Shown in pieces: positions 45,072 through 55,042 of a stretch of DNA of 64,000 bases; within the stretch, counting starts at the first letter, position 1, and each line of letters opens with the position of its first letter. The notes under the pieces are model-generated. The model did no database searches. It was given only the letters and a program-made list of their open reading frames with translations, and had not been told where the DNA came from. The stretch comes from a virus. A program made the position numbers and the translations under genes. Location: positions 1-64,000 of the IMG/VR virus record IMGVR_UViG_3300023118_000001, one strand, 5' to 3'.

Positions 45072-46172
45072 TCAAGCTTCCACCTTCGCCACCAACTGGT
45101 TGAACAGCGGCAGCAGGTCACTGCCGGCCAGGTCCTTCGAGATACGCGTCTGCAGATCCTCGACGATCACGCCTTCGATGTCGGTGTCGACATCCTGCAG
45201 CGAGTCCTTGATGTCGACCTTGTTGCGCACGGCGAACAGGTCGTTACAGTTCTGCAGCTCGCCGGATGCTTGTGTATCCCCCGGTGCATCGCAGGCCTGG
45301 TAGTTGCCAGCCTTCCAGATCTCGCGGATGAACTCGCTGACCTCCACCGCGTTGGCCACGCTGTCGGTGCCGGTGACGTCAACGAACTGGACGCCTGTGA
45401 GATCCGGGATGTCGCTGCCCAGCTTGATCTCGCGGTAGCGGTCAGCCTCGGACCACACGCACTCCTTGGTCAGGGTCGCGGTCTCCAGCTCCAGGTGGTA
45501 GATGAACTTGTCACCGATGTCGTGGAAGCTGGTCGGGTGAGTGTTGCCCAGGACCACGACCTGGCCGCCGAGGTCAGTGGAACCGTTGTGCTCGTGGCCG
45601 ATGAAGATGAAGTCGAACGCTGCGATCAGTTCCTGGGCCAGTTCACGGCGCAGGTTCAGCGTGTTGTCCTCGGTGGCCAGGTTAAAATCGTAGTTGCAGT
45701 GCAGGAACAGGTAGCTGGCCAGGCCGTCGCGGTTCTCAGCGGCGTGCGCTGCAGCTTCCCGCATGGCCACCTCGAAGACTTCCTGCGAGGCGTGGTGCGG
45801 CACGAAGTACATCGACTCGAAGTTGTCGAAGAACGGATCGGTCAGGTTCGGCGTGGCAATGATCGGCAGACCTTGCTGCTTGAGCAGGCGCAGCGTGGAC
45901 AACGTGCCCTCGCGGTTGGTCTCGTCATGGTTGCCAGCCAAAACCCATTGGCACTTCTCGGCCACGTCGAAGGCCTGGCCGATGATGACCTCGCTGTTGG
46001 TCGACTTGTCCAGCAAGTCGCCGACGCAGACCTTGGGGAAGTCACCGGTGTTGACGATGGCCATGGCCTGCCAGTAAAGCTCTTGCTGCAGCTTGGCAGA
46101 TGATTCGCGAGTGGTGTGTGCTTGCCGCGCCGTCCCCAGGTGGGGGTCGGTGAAGATGGTGATGTTTTTCAT
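45072..46172 (-). CDS. SbcD/Mre11-like nuclease
   Basis: DPHLG, GDLLD, GNHD, GHEH. Confidence 0.92.
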   Translation of the reverse strand: MKNITIFTDPHLGTARQAHTTRESSAKLQQELYWQAMAIVNTGDFPKVCVGDLLDKSTNSEVIIGQAFDVAEKCQWVLAGNHDETNREGTLSTLRLLKQQGLPIIATPNLTDPFFDNFESMYFVPHHASQEVFEVAMREAAAHAAENRDGLASYLFLHCNYDFNLATEDNTLNLRRELAQELIAAFDFIFIGHEHNGSTDLGGQVVVLGNTHPTSFHDIGDKFIYHLELETATLTKECVWSEADRYREIKLGSDIPDLTGVQFVDVTGTDSVANAVEVSEFIREIWKAGNYQACDAPGDTQASGELQNCNDLFAVRNKVDIKDSLQDVDTDIEGVIVEDLQTRISKDLAGSDLLPLFNQLVAKVEA

Positions 46173-46186
46173 GCGCAGTCCTCGGT

Positions 46187-46206
46187 GGGGCAGCGATCGC
46201 TGCCCC
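46187..46206. repeat. perfect 20-bp palindrome, same core as 40015-40036
   Basis: GGGGCAGCGATCGCTGCCCC. Confidence 0.85.
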
Positions 46207-46214
46207 GGTGGAGA

Positions 46215-46334
46215 TCAGAAAAGGTTCTTGACGAATTTCATCAGCGAGTAAATCAGGGTCAGAGCCCCATACGCGCTGACGATGCCCAACACGACGCCGA
46301 ATGCCAGGTTCATGCCTTTGAGGATGTCTTTCAT
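46215..46334 (-). CDS. small membrane peptide (39 aa)
   Basis: MKDILKGMNLAFGVVLGIVSAYGALTLIYSLMKFVKNLF; coupled to the ligase stop. Confidence 0.55.
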   Translation of the reverse strand: MKDILKGMNLAFGVVLGIVSAYGALTLIYSLMKFVKNLF

Positions 46335-47482
46335 CACAGTGGCTCGTACCAGCACTTGGCTGTGGCGATGTTGGGGATGCCGTCCGGCGTGAAGCCGAAG
46401 TGGGCGATGGTCAGCATGCGGTCCATGTTCTCGCCGCGCACCAGGGCTTCCCACTCGGCGTGCTTCTCAGCTGCATTGCCGTGGGCGGTGGCCTTGGCAG
46501 TCTTGATGCCAGCTGGCGTATCAACTTCGTAGATGAACTTCGGCACCTGGTAGGTGACGCCCTTCACTACCTGCTGCTCAGCCAGTTCCCAGGCCACGAC
46601 CTTCACTTCGAAGTCGGTGAAGTCCTTCACCTTGACGCAGTGCTTGGTGCGCTTGCCGTCGCGGTAGCCTGCACGGCCCCAGCGCAGGATGCTGCCCTCG
46701 TAGCCTTCAGCGACCCACTTGCGGTGCAGGACCATGGCTTCGGCCATGCTGCGAACCCGCACGGTCTCGACCAGCTGGATGCGGATGTCGAGGTTGGTGG
46801 TGTTGGCGAAGGCTTGCTCGACAGCCGCGAATCGCTCCTCGAACGGCTTGTCGCTGACCGAGTCGTAGATGCAGTAGGTCAGCTGCAGCGAGTCTTCGCG
46901 CGGCTTGGTGATCAGGCTGCCGATAGCCTGCAGGGTCATGCCGTGGACGTACAGCTCACCGTCAAGGTGCAGGTCAGCGAACGCCGCCTGCGCATCCAGG
47001 GCGTCCTGAATGTGCTGGACGTTGTGGGCCTTACCGCCGCGGCTGTAGATGAACCCCTCTTTCAGGCAGCGGTGACCGTCGAACTTACGCTGCAGGAAGG
47101 CGGTGTCCCAGTCGACCTCGTCCATGTTTACGTCTTGCATCTTCTCAGCCAGTTGCGGCTTCTTCTTTCCCAGGCCGTTGGTGACTGGCGCCGCCGCGTC
47201 GGCGATGTCTTCGACGTATCCGCCGAGGATTTGCTTCTTCCAGCGGGACTCGGCTTCAGCGATGGCCTGCTGAAAGTCGGAGGTCTCGTTGGCCTTGCCT
47301 TTGTTCTTACCTTTGACCGAGGCGATCTTCTCAGTTACAGCCCCTCCTTCTGACTTGGCGAAGGTGATAACCAGCCGGGCACTGTCATCTTCCAAGCCTT
47401 GGGCATCTACCTGCCACCAGCCAATGGTCTTGCCGAGGTTTTTGTACAAGCGTTTGGTGGAGAGGAGTACGTTGTTGGTCAT
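46334..47482 (-). CDS. ATP-dependent DNA ligase
   Basis: QRKFDGHRC, LDGELY, GYEGSILR, KVKDF. Confidence 0.92.
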   Translation of the reverse strand: MTNNVLLSTKRLYKNLGKTIGWWQVDAQGLEDDSARLVITFAKSEGGAVTEKIASVKGKNKGKANETSDFQQAIAEAESRWKKQILGGYVEDIADAAAPVTNGLGKKKPQLAEKMQDVNMDEVDWDTAFLQRKFDGHRCLKEGFIYSRGGKAHNVQHIQDALDAQAAFADLHLDGELYVHGMTLQAIGSLITKPREDSLQLTYCIYDSVSDKPFEERFAAVEQAFANTTNLDIRIQLVETVRVRSMAEAMVLHRKWVAEGYEGSILRWGRAGYRDGKRTKHCVKVKDFTDFEVKVVAWELAEQQVVKGVTYQVPKFIYEVDTPAGIKTAKATAHGNAAEKHAEWEALVRGENMDRMLTIAHFGFTPDGIPNIATAKCWYEPL

Positions 47483-47514
47483 GGATCAGTCCTTATAAAG
47501 TGAAACCCCGCTAG

Positions 47515-48036
47515 TTAGCGGGATTTGTTCAGTGTATCCGCATAAGTTGGGATGCGGAAGTAGTCCACCAGGTAATCAACCACGCGCTGATGCTGCAGCC
47601 TGTTGATCACCCCGACGCTGGGCCAGGTGGCGAGGAGAAACTGCTTGTCGATCCGGCTGTTGTCGTGAATTGCCATGCCGTCCCACAACTGGATAACCCC
47701 CAGCTGCGCATCCCAAAACAGGATGTAGTAGGGGATGCCCAGCAGGGCCCGGAACCGGCCGATGGCGCCGCGCTGCGATGGCCGCACGGCGTCCTTGGGC
47801 ATTGAGTGATGCTTCTCGCTGGCCTTGACCTCGAGGAAGCACAGCCGCTGCCCTTCATGCAGGTTCTGGCATTGAGCCGGCAAGCCCAGCAGGTAATCGC
47901 TGGGCTGCTCGGCGACGATGGAGCCGGCGGCACCGGTGTCGGTCAGGCGGTGGTAGCTGACAAGCCGCTGCGTGAACAGCAGCTTGAACACCTGCACCAT
48001 CTCCTTCTCGAACACCTTGCCGATGCTCGCCGCCAT
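47515..48036 (-). CDS. putative Holliday junction resolvase (RecU-like PD-(D/E)XK)
   Basis: GKVFE, PSDY, LEVKAS, Q motif. Confidence 0.7.
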   Translation of the reverse strand: MAASIGKVFEKEMVQVFKLLFTQRLVSYHRLTDTGAAGSIVAEQPSDYLLGLPAQCQNLHEGQRLCFLEVKASEKHHSMPKDAVRPSQRGAIGRFRALLGIPYYILFWDAQLGVIQLWDGMAIHDNSRIDKQFLLATWPSVGVINRLQHQRVVDYLVDYFRIPTYADTLNKSR

Positions 48037-48668
48037 CAGTGACCTTCCAGCTCGGACACCAGATCCATCAGCTTCATGTCGAAGTCGTACAGCGACCCGT
48101 CATTGACGATGGTGTGGGTGACGAAGTGGCGGCTGATACCCCGCTCGCTTTCGTGGTTAACGATGCCCACATTGGCCACCGCTGCCTTCAGCTTTTCAGT
48201 CACCGTGCTGTGCTCCAGAGGTCTCACGATCTCCAGGATGACACCGCCGTGGATCTGCAGGTACTCAGCCTCGCTGTCGAAGCGGACGTCGCTGAGGACC
48301 ATCCCCTTGATCAGATCCTCGCCGTTCACCTTCAGGTTAGAGAACCTGCTAGAGTCAGCCTCGAACGGGCATCCAGCTTCGACCCACTTGCGCTTCTTCT
48401 CCACCAGGTTGACCCACACCTGGGGGTTCATCAGCTCGCGACCCCACTCAGTGCCGAGGGTTTGCATCATCACCCGGTACGACTTGCAGGTTTCAGGGCA
48501 GATGCCCGAGCGATCGCCTTCGTGGAAGTGGTCGCCGAAGACCGACTTCAGCATGGTCTTCAGCGGTTCCGCGAAAGCGTATTTGTACAGGTCCATATGC
48601 CTGGCCAGATAGGCAGCTGCGTGGTCTTTACCGGACCTGGCCAGTCCGGTCACGCCGATCAGCTTCAT
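48036..48668 (-). CDS. deoxynucleoside monophosphate kinase
   Basis: GLARSGKD, FAEPLK, QTLGTEWGR, SDVRFDSE, HESE. Confidence 0.92.
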   Translation of the reverse strand: MKLIGVTGLARSGKDHAAAYLARHMDLYKYAFAEPLKTMLKSVFGDHFHEGDRSGICPETCKSYRVMMQTLGTEWGRELMNPQVWVNLVEKKRKWVEAGCPFEADSSRFSNLKVNGEDLIKGMVLSDVRFDSEAEYLQIHGGVILEIVRPLEHSTVTEKLKAAVANVGIVNHESERGISRHFVTHTIVNDGSLYDFDMKLMDLVSELEGH

Positions 48669-49411
48669 ATCGCCTGCGCCAAGCGGAGGCACAGCGCTTC
48701 ACGAAGCTCGGCCGAGAACTCCATGTCGCACTTGTCGCTAAGCAGCCATTTGCAGTAATCCTGCTTCAGGTTTTTCACCTTGCTGCCCTTCTCCTTGCCG
48801 AAGCCGATCTTCATTTCAAGGGTGCCGTCGTCACCCTTCATCCAGACCATCAGCTCGTCGAGGCTGTCGACCTTGGCCCAGCCGAACAGCGGCTTGATGC
48901 ACTTGAGGGTGGCGTCGACGTCGACCGAGGCGTCGTGAGCGCCATTCATGGGCTCGCCCATGATGTGCTCATAGAACGCGGTCAGCTTGGCGCTGGGCCA
49001 CTTGTGTTCGGTCTTCAGCTTACGGGCTGCCTTCATCAGGTCAATCGACTTCGGCGCGCGGAAACCTACCCGGGCAGCGATGCGGTTGTCGAAGGTGGCG
49101 CTGTTGTAGCCGATGACCGCGTCCAGGTTCATCTCGTTGACCGTGGCCATCTGCTCGGCCAGGTACGGTTCCCACGGCTTTTCATCCAGCAGGTCATGGG
49201 CGTAGTAGCCATGGACCTTGGAGGCCTCGGGGTGAATCTCCATACCAGGGTTCAGCAGCGTGAGGTCCTGGTCGTGGATGTCGTAGCTGCCATCCTGTTG
49301 CAGGGTCACGATCCACAGGGCTGACTGCAGAACGCCGCAACTGCCAGCGTCCACCCCGGTGGTTTCATAGTCGTGAGCCAGCGCTCTGACACTTTGTCCA
49401 TTGAAGCTCAT
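48665..49411 (-). CDS. DEDDh 3'-5' exonuclease (DnaQ/ExoX-like)
   Basis: DYETTG, VHG, YNSATFD, AHDASVD, FGKEKG. Confidence 0.88.
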   Translation of the reverse strand: MSFNGQSVRALAHDYETTGVDAGSCGVLQSALWIVTLQQDGSYDIHDQDLTLLNPGMEIHPEASKVHGYYAHDLLDEKPWEPYLAEQMATVNEMNLDAVIGYNSATFDNRIAARVGFRAPKSIDLMKAARKLKTEHKWPSAKLTAFYEHIMGEPMNGAHDASVDVDATLKCIKPLFGWAKVDSLDELMVWMKGDDGTLEMKIGFGKEKGSKVKNLKQDYCKWLLSDKCDMEFSAELREALCLRLAQAI

Positions 49412-49414
49412 GGG

Positions 49415-49768
49415 TTATTCCTTACCGGTTGAGAAAAATTGTTTGTGAATGGCCGGCCAGCGGCGCCGGAACATCTCGACGCGGCGGGCCATCAGGCTTT
49501 CGTTGTGCTTGGCGTCCCGCAGCTGTTTACGCAGTTCCTCAAGTTCGTCTTCCAACTCCTTGACGTAGCTGTCGTTGTAGCTGCGATCCTCACAGCGTAA
49601 ATCCGCCGAGGTGCCGACGAAGAAAGGCTCGCCAGGCCGTTTGATCCCCATCGGGATCGCCTTGCCTGGCTCGATGGTGTTGACGGGGCCCTGGATGGGC
49701 GGATCAGGGAGGCTGCTGACAGCCTCCTTGAATTTCTCCCACCAGTCGTTAATCGGCGACGACTTCAA
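49415..49768 (-). CDS. hypothetical coiled-coil protein
   Basis: GAGGAGG then TTG start inside the 3' end of pol; start uncertain. Confidence 0.55.
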   Translation of the reverse strand: MKSSPINDWWEKFKEAVSSLPDPPIQGPVNTIEPGKAIPMGIKRPGEPFFVGTSADLRCEDRSYNDSYVKELEDELEELRKQLRDAKHNESLMARRVEMFRRRWPAIHKQFFSTGKE

Positions 49769-52700
49769 ACTCCACCTCCTCTTCCCCGTCTTCATCCATC
49801 TCGACATAACCCGCCTTGCGGATCGGATCGAACGGCTGCAGAAGGTCAACTTCCCAAATGCTGCGGGCTTCCTCAATGGAGCGAGCAACGAAGGCCTCGA
49901 CGTTTTCACGGCTGATGTTACGACCCAGCTCGTGCACTCTACCCCAGTCCGGCCCAATGGAGAACTCCGGTACTTGGCGGACTTTGTGCCCTGGCGGGGT
50001 CGACTCTTCCATGAAGCGGCCGACCTCTTGGCAGTAGTCGTACACGTCGTCCTTGTGAACCCAGGCCACCACTTCGTCGTAGATCGGAGCAAAGAACACC
50101 ATGTTCAGTCTGTCCATGATGCCGCTCTCGGCGATCCGGGTCAGCACGATGCGCAACATCTGCGCTGCAGTGCCCTGGATCGTCGCGTTGGTGCCCTGGC
50201 GGTGCTGACGGGCGACCTTGCCGCTGTCCTCGCTGAAGATGTCGTTGGTGGCGTGACGCTTGGTCCCGAAGGCTGTCAGCGTGAAGCCGTTCTTGGTCAT
50301 GAATTCGCCGGTCTCGGCCTGCCACGGACGAATCCGGGTGTACAGGTCGAAGGTGCCATCGAGCAGCTTCTTGGCTTCTTCCACCGGCACGATCAGGTTG
50401 CGAGACAGCGTGCCAGCGCCAGCGCCGTAGGCCATACCGAAGTTTACGGTCTTGGCCTTGCCGCGGATGGCGACGGTGATCTTGTTCAGCTTGTGGTCCG
50501 GGTCATCCTTGGCCTCGACGAAGTCCTCATAGGACATTTTCGCGATGCCGGAGCCTGTCATGCTGTGCAAGTCTTTCTCGTTGGCCGGGTCGTAGACCGA
50601 CATCATCACCGGATCGTTGGCGAGGTTCGCCATCAGCCGGATCTCTTGCCCGTTGAAGTCGATCGCCACGCAGACGTGGTCCGGGGTTGGCGGAATGAAG
50701 ATGGTCCGCATGACCTTGCCTTCGCCGCGCTTGGCCACCTGCAGGATGTTCATCGAGCTGCCAGTTGGCCGGGTGGTGTCGGTGCCTGCGTCGGTGATGA
50801 TCGGGTGGACCTTGCCGTCGCGGTGACGCCACATCGGGTACTTGACGTGGTACAGGCTGCAGCGGGTGTTGGCCGACTTCACTCGACGAAGGATGGTCAG
50901 CGCATCACGCTGCCAGCAGTCCTCTAGGACGTCGTTCGCCAGCGCCGTGAGGATAGCCTGCTCGTCGGTAGACGGGCCTGCTTCCTTGATGCCGACGGCC
51001 ATCCGGCCCTTACCCACCTGCTTGCCGCGCAGCTTGACCGGGATACCGATCTTGCAATACAGCAGGTGCTGCATCTGCACCGGGCTGCCGACGTTCAGCG
51101 GGTCGCCAAACGCCACGATGCTCGGCTTGATGCCGGCCGTGCGCTGCACCAGGTTGCCGAACTGCTCGTACAGCATCTCGGCCATGTCCACCTTCTTCCA
51201 GTCCAGGTCGTCCTGTGAAGCCTCGGCCTTCTTGCGCAGATCGGTGATCTTCATCGCGCCGCCGGTGACCGCCGAAGACATGAGCTTGACGAATTCACGC
51301 TGTGCATCATTGAGCGGCCATTCATCCTCGAAGCCCGCGCAGCCCGCCTCGTAGTACCACTCGCTGATCGCCTTCTGTGTCAGCTTCTCCAGAGGCGGCA
51401 GGCCCAGGGCTTCGATAGCCGGTGCCAGCTGCTTCTCGGTGAAAGCGAACGACGGCATGACCATCTCTTCTCGGTACGGGGTGTATTGGCAGGCTGCTTC
51501 CAGCTTCTTGCGCCACTCAGCGACCTTGGTGCCGGCCACTTCGGTGTCGCCGTCGGCCTTCTTCTTCGCCGAGCGGAAGATGTAATCCTTCTCGGCGTCG
51601 ATCAGCGTCTTGCAGCCCGCGGTGATGTTGCCGGTGACGTTCTTCTCCAGGATGGCGCGAAGCTCCAGCATGCCCTCCTCGATGGTCTTCAGGTCCTGGG
51701 CATGAATGCGCTTCTGCGCGGCCCAGTTCATGTCGACGCCGGCCACGTAGGCCCGCTGCAGCACCTCGGTAGGCTTCACAGCCCACCGCTGGTAGAAGTC
51801 CCACTGCCCGTCCAGCTTGAGCATCAGCTTCAGCAGGTCGTGCAGGTGACCGGTCACCAGGCTGTCGTCGGTGCCGTAGGTGAAGACTTCGTCAGCCGAC
51901 AGCTCACACATCATGCTGACGCCTTGGCCGTCGTTACCGGCTGCCAGGGTGTCCTGGAACGATGTCTGCTCATACGCCAGGTAGTTCAGGGAGATCGCCT
52001 TGAGGCCTGCCTCCATGTTCTCGTCGTAGAAGCGCTGCATCATCCGGGTGTCCTGGATGTCGGTCAGCCAGGTGTTCAGGTTGGTCTGCGTGACCACGCC
52101 TTCGAACAAAGCGTTGTGCGCCACCCGCTGGGTGTGCTTGCCGGCGAACTCAAGGATCTCCAGCACCACTGCCTTGTCCACGTTGTGCGAGTCGCGGTGA
52201 TCTACCGGGATGTAGATCACGTTTTCCAGGTGGCGGCCGAACTGGAACGAAGCGCCGGCCAGCTCCTGGCTGAGCATGTCGACGAAGGGGCCGGACTTGG
52301 CGATACGGAAATCGCGGATCGGGTCCTTGTCGGAGGATTCATAGTCGAACGCGGTGAGGTCGCCGGCCTTGATCTCGGCGAAGATCGCCTCCTTCATGTC
52401 TTCCCAATTGGTGGCGTCGACAATCATCGGCACCGGCATCAGGTGGCTGTACTCAGCGTCCCACATATCCTCGCAGCCGACTTCCTTCAGGCACTCGTAC
52501 AGCAGCGCCGGGTTCGGTACGCGCTTGTGGACCTTGGGCTTGACCAGCTTGCGCAGCCGTGGCTTCCAGCACAGTTCAGGCTTCAGGTTGGCCAGGCGCC
52601 AGCCCATCCGCCAGTCGCTGAACGCGTTGCGCAGCTTGATCAGATTCTTGTCGCCGGACGCTTCGATGGATTCGTCCAGCAGGTCAGTGTTACCGGTGTT

Positions 52701-53408
52701 GACTATCGCAGCCAGCTCGTCCAGGCCGTCGATGCCGACCGCCGCTGCCAGCTTGTGGATGGCTGCCGGGCCCATGCCCTTGACGCCGGAGTAGTTGTCC
52801 GAGCTGTCGCCGATGATCGACTTGATGAAGCTGGTCAGCCGGTAGGGCAAGCCTGCCAGGTCGTGACCTTCAGGGTAGACGCCGTCTTCGCCGCGCGGGG
52901 CGTAGTGGGCCACGCCCTTGATATGGACGATGGTGTCTTCGTCCACCAGCACCAGCATGTCTTCGTCGACGGTGTGGATGTCCTTCGGACCCTTGACCAT
53001 CTGGCAGATCCAGCCCATCAGGTCATCCGCTTCGACGCCGTCCACGAACATCTGTGTGGCGCCGATCGCGGAGAAAAACTTCTTCGCCCAAATCATCAGC
53101 TCTTTGTACTGAGCGATCTCGATAGGGCTTTTGTTCTTGTCGTCCTTGGACGCCTGGCCTTTGTACTCAGGGTAAATGCCCAGGCGGTAGGCCTTGCCAG
53201 CATCGTGGGCGACCAGCATTTCACGGGGAGAACCCCCACCCTCAAGGATGGGGCGAATGTAGCGGGTCAGAAAGTCCGCTGCACCGGCCTGCCAATCGGC
53301 AAACCGGCGATCGAGCTTCGCACAGTGCAGCGACTTGTCGCTGACACCGTAGTAGGCGTGCTTTACGCACGCCCTGAAGTCGATGATCTGAAGGGGTTGA
53401 TCGGCCAT
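49749..53408 (-). CDS. polA: family A DNA polymerase with N-terminal 5'-3' exonuclease and 3'-5' exonuclease
   Basis: YPEYKG, EADD, GDSSDNYSGVKGMG; DYES, HNALFE, YGTDD; DFNGQEIR, RGKAKTVNFGMAYG, IYDE. Confidence 0.93.
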   Translation of the reverse strand: MADQPLQIIDFRACVKHAYYGVSDKSLHCAKLDRRFADWQAGAADFLTRYIRPILEGGGSPREMLVAHDAGKAYRLGIYPEYKGQASKDDKNKSPIEIAQYKELMIWAKKFFSAIGATQMFVDGVEADDLMGWICQMVKGPKDIHTVDEDMLVLVDEDTIVHIKGVAHYAPRGEDGVYPEGHDLAGLPYRLTSFIKSIIGDSSDNYSGVKGMGPAAIHKLAAAVGIDGLDELAAIVNTGNTDLLDESIEASGDKNLIKLRNAFSDWRMGWRLANLKPELCWKPRLRKLVKPKVHKRVPNPALLYECLKEVGCEDMWDAEYSHLMPVPMIVDATNWEDMKEAIFAEIKAGDLTAFDYESSDKDPIRDFRIAKSGPFVDMLSQELAGASFQFGRHLENVIYIPVDHRDSHNVDKAVVLEILEFAGKHTQRVAHNALFEGVVTQTNLNTWLTDIQDTRMMQRFYDENMEAGLKAISLNYLAYEQTSFQDTLAAGNDGQGVSMMCELSADEVFTYGTDDSLVTGHLHDLLKLMLKLDGQWDFYQRWAVKPTEVLQRAYVAGVDMNWAAQKRIHAQDLKTIEEGMLELRAILEKNVTGNITAGCKTLIDAEKDYIFRSAKKKADGDTEVAGTKVAEWRKKLEAACQYTPYREEMVMPSFAFTEKQLAPAIEALGLPPLEKLTQKAISEWYYEAGCAGFEDEWPLNDAQREFVKLMSSAVTGGAMKITDLRKKAEASQDDLDWKKVDMAEMLYEQFGNLVQRTAGIKPSIVAFGDPLNVGSPVQMQHLLYCKIGIPVKLRGKQVGKGRMAVGIKEAGPSTDEQAILTALANDVLEDCWQRDALTILRRVKSANTRCSLYHVKYPMWRHRDGKVHPIITDAGTDTTRPTGSSMNILQVAKRGEGKVMRTIFIPPTPDHVCVAIDFNGQEIRLMANLANDPVMMSVYDPANEKDLHSMTGSGIAKMSYEDFVEAKDDPDHKLNKITVAIRGKAKTVNFGMAYGAGAGTLSRNLIVPVEEAKKLLDGTFDLYTRIRPWQAETGEFMTKNGFTLTAFGTKRHATNDIFSEDSGKVARQHRQGTNATIQGTAAQMLRIVLTRIAESGIMDRLNMVFFAPIYDEVVAWVHKDDVYDYCQEVGRFMEESTPPGHKVRQVPEFSIGPDWGRVHELGRNISRENVEAFVARSIEEARSIWEVDLLQPFDPIRKAGYVEMDEDGEEEVEFEVVAD

Positions 53409-53411
53409 TTA

Positions 53412-53687
53412 TTACTCCTGAATGTGGAGGGCGTGAACCACAATGCCCCCGCCGTGGAGGAGCACCGTGCCAAGGTTTTGGTAATACTTGTCAGCCTCCA
53501 GCTCCTCGCCGGTGACTGCGACGTAGATGTGCTCTTCGACCACCGCTTTGGTGTCGTCGACCTGGGTCCACAGCTGCAGGGGCTTGGCCTGTCCAGGCTG
53601 GTGTGCGACCTGGTAGTTGAATATCCCGCCAGGAACATGGATCACGTTCATGCCGACGTCCAGGCCGTACTTGAGCATTGCTTTCAT
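53412..53687 (-). CDS. hypothetical protein
   Basis: LW..VD, TG, GTV..VH pattern of small phage proteins. Confidence 0.7.
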   Translation of the reverse strand: MKAMLKYGLDVGMNVIHVPGGIFNYQVAHQPGQAKPLQLWTQVDDTKAVVEEHIYVAVTGEELEADKYYQNLGTVLLHGGGIVVHALHIQE

Positions 53688-53689
53688 GG

Positions 53690-54298
53690 TTAAACCTCCG
53701 GGTAGCGTTCAAAGACCAGCTGCAGGCACTGGGCCTGGTAGCGGGCATCTTCCAAGGCATCGTGCAGCGTGCCCCGTTCCAACGGGAATTCGACCCCGCG
53801 TTTCTCAGCGAAGTCCACCATCGTGCGCTGATCACGGACATGATTGTAGCGGTAGGGCAGCGCGATGCCTTCGCGCTTGAACCCTTCTTCCAGCCACACG
53901 CTGTCACGGTCACCGCGCACCCACAGTTCACCAGTGAAGTTCGAGGTGCGGCCGATTACCTTGGTGTCAGCCTGCAGCCACTGCCAGAAGGCTCGCAGCG
54001 CGTTACCCAGGTTCAGCCCGCCACGACCTTCCAGCGCTCCCTCGCGGGCCACCTGGCCTTGTTCCAGCCACCAGTAGAAGGTGTCAGCGTCGATTGGCGC
54101 CTGGCCTTTGAGGTCGATGGTGACGTGGAACTCATGGCTGATGCTGTTGATCTTTTCATCGTTCATGATCATGCAGGAGTCGGTGGGTTTGAAACGCACC
54201 GCGCCGATCGCGATGATCGGCGAGTTGGGTCCCATCCCGGCGGTCTCAAGGTCGACCGAGACGGGGAGTTCAGCTAGGTTTTCGAAGTACATGATCAC
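53690..54298 (-). CDS. 3'-5' exonuclease (DEDD family)
   Basis: VDLETAG, IIAIGAV, WWLEQ, RDQRT, HDALEDA. Confidence 0.85.
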   Translation of the reverse strand: MIMYFENLAELPVSVDLETAGMGPNSPIIAIGAVRFKPTDSCMIMNDEKINSISHEFHVTIDLKGQAPIDADTFYWWLEQGQVAREGALEGRGGLNLGNALRAFWQWLQADTKVIGRTSNFTGELWVRGDRDSVWLEEGFKREGIALPYRYNHVRDQRTMVDFAEKRGVEFPLERGTLHDALEDARYQAQCLQLVFERYPEV

Positions 54299-54984
54299 AC
54301 CGCCGTGAGTGCTTTCCAGCTGTAAGGGAACAGGCGTTCCATGATGGGGCCGATGCCGGTGAACAGGTCATTGACCTCGCCTTGGGCATGGCTGTCGGTG
54401 CGCTTGATCCAGGCCTGGGCGTAAGCATAGAGGCTGCCGGTCCAGTACCAGTTCACTTCGCAGCCCTGTGGGAGAACGAAGCGGGCCTGCTCTGGCGCCA
54501 CGCCGTTTTCTACCATCCGCTCGTAAAAACTGATCATGCCTTCACAGGCCCGGATGTAGTCCTCTCGGATCAGATCGCTGCTAGGGTGAGGGCCGGCGCT
54601 GCCCTGCTTGACCTTGTCGCCATCCGGTGCCTGGCGGAACACATCCGGCACGAACAGCACCGGCCGGCCACTGATGTAGCGGCGGCTCTCTTCGTTCTCG
54701 ACGAAGCCGACCTTGTGCTTGAAGCACTGGGTGCGGATCGGCACCGGCGCCGACATGCGCAGGGTGATCGAGGTGTGAGCGAAGGGGGTCCAGTGTTCGT
54801 GGGAGGCCAGGTACTGGATCAGTGCCTCGTGGCTGCGTACCTTCTGGCCAGTAGCCTTTTCGTGCTGCTCAGCTTCTGCCCGGGTAATGAAGTGGGAGAC
54901 TTCAACGTCGTTGGCGAAACTGACTTTGGCAGCCTTCACCACCGACAGGTCGTTGCCCATATGGTCTACGTACAGTGCGTGCAT
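54295..54984 (-). CDS. thyX: flavin-dependent thymidylate synthase
   Basis: HMGNDLSVVKAAKVS, HWTPF, KHK..NEESRRY, APEQARFVLP, HAQGE. Confidence 0.92.
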   Translation of the reverse strand: MHALYVDHMGNDLSVVKAAKVSFANDVEVSHFITRAEAEQHEKATGQKVRSHEALIQYLASHEHWTPFAHTSITLRMSAPVPIRTQCFKHKVGFVENEESRRYISGRPVLFVPDVFRQAPDGDKVKQGSAGPHPSSDLIREDYIRACEGMISFYERMVENGVAPEQARFVLPQGCEVNWYWTGSLYAYAQAWIKRTDSHAQGEVNDLFTGIGPIMERLFPYSWKALTAV

Positions 54985-54998
54985 CGTGTTGCTCCTTG

Positions 54999-55024
54999 AA
55001 TAAAGAACCCCGCCTATGGCGGGG
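54999..55024 (-). terminator. probable intrinsic terminator
   Basis: CCCCGCC-ATA-GGCGGGG followed by TTCTTTATT on the minus strand. Confidence 0.6.
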
Positions 55025-55042
55025 CACGGTGGCGCGGGGGTG

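Noticed and set aside
49769-50092. Long 5' extension of the ORF at 49415-50092
   Set aside because: It overlaps the polymerase C-terminus in another frame; the SD supports a start near 49768
7228-53693. Very long antisense ORFs (e.g. 7228-9135, 19057-21231, 27835-29967, 31748-34093, 41444-43105, 51486-53693)
   Set aside because: They mirror real genes codon for codon and have no motifs or SD; they are the expected shadow of strong GC3 bias
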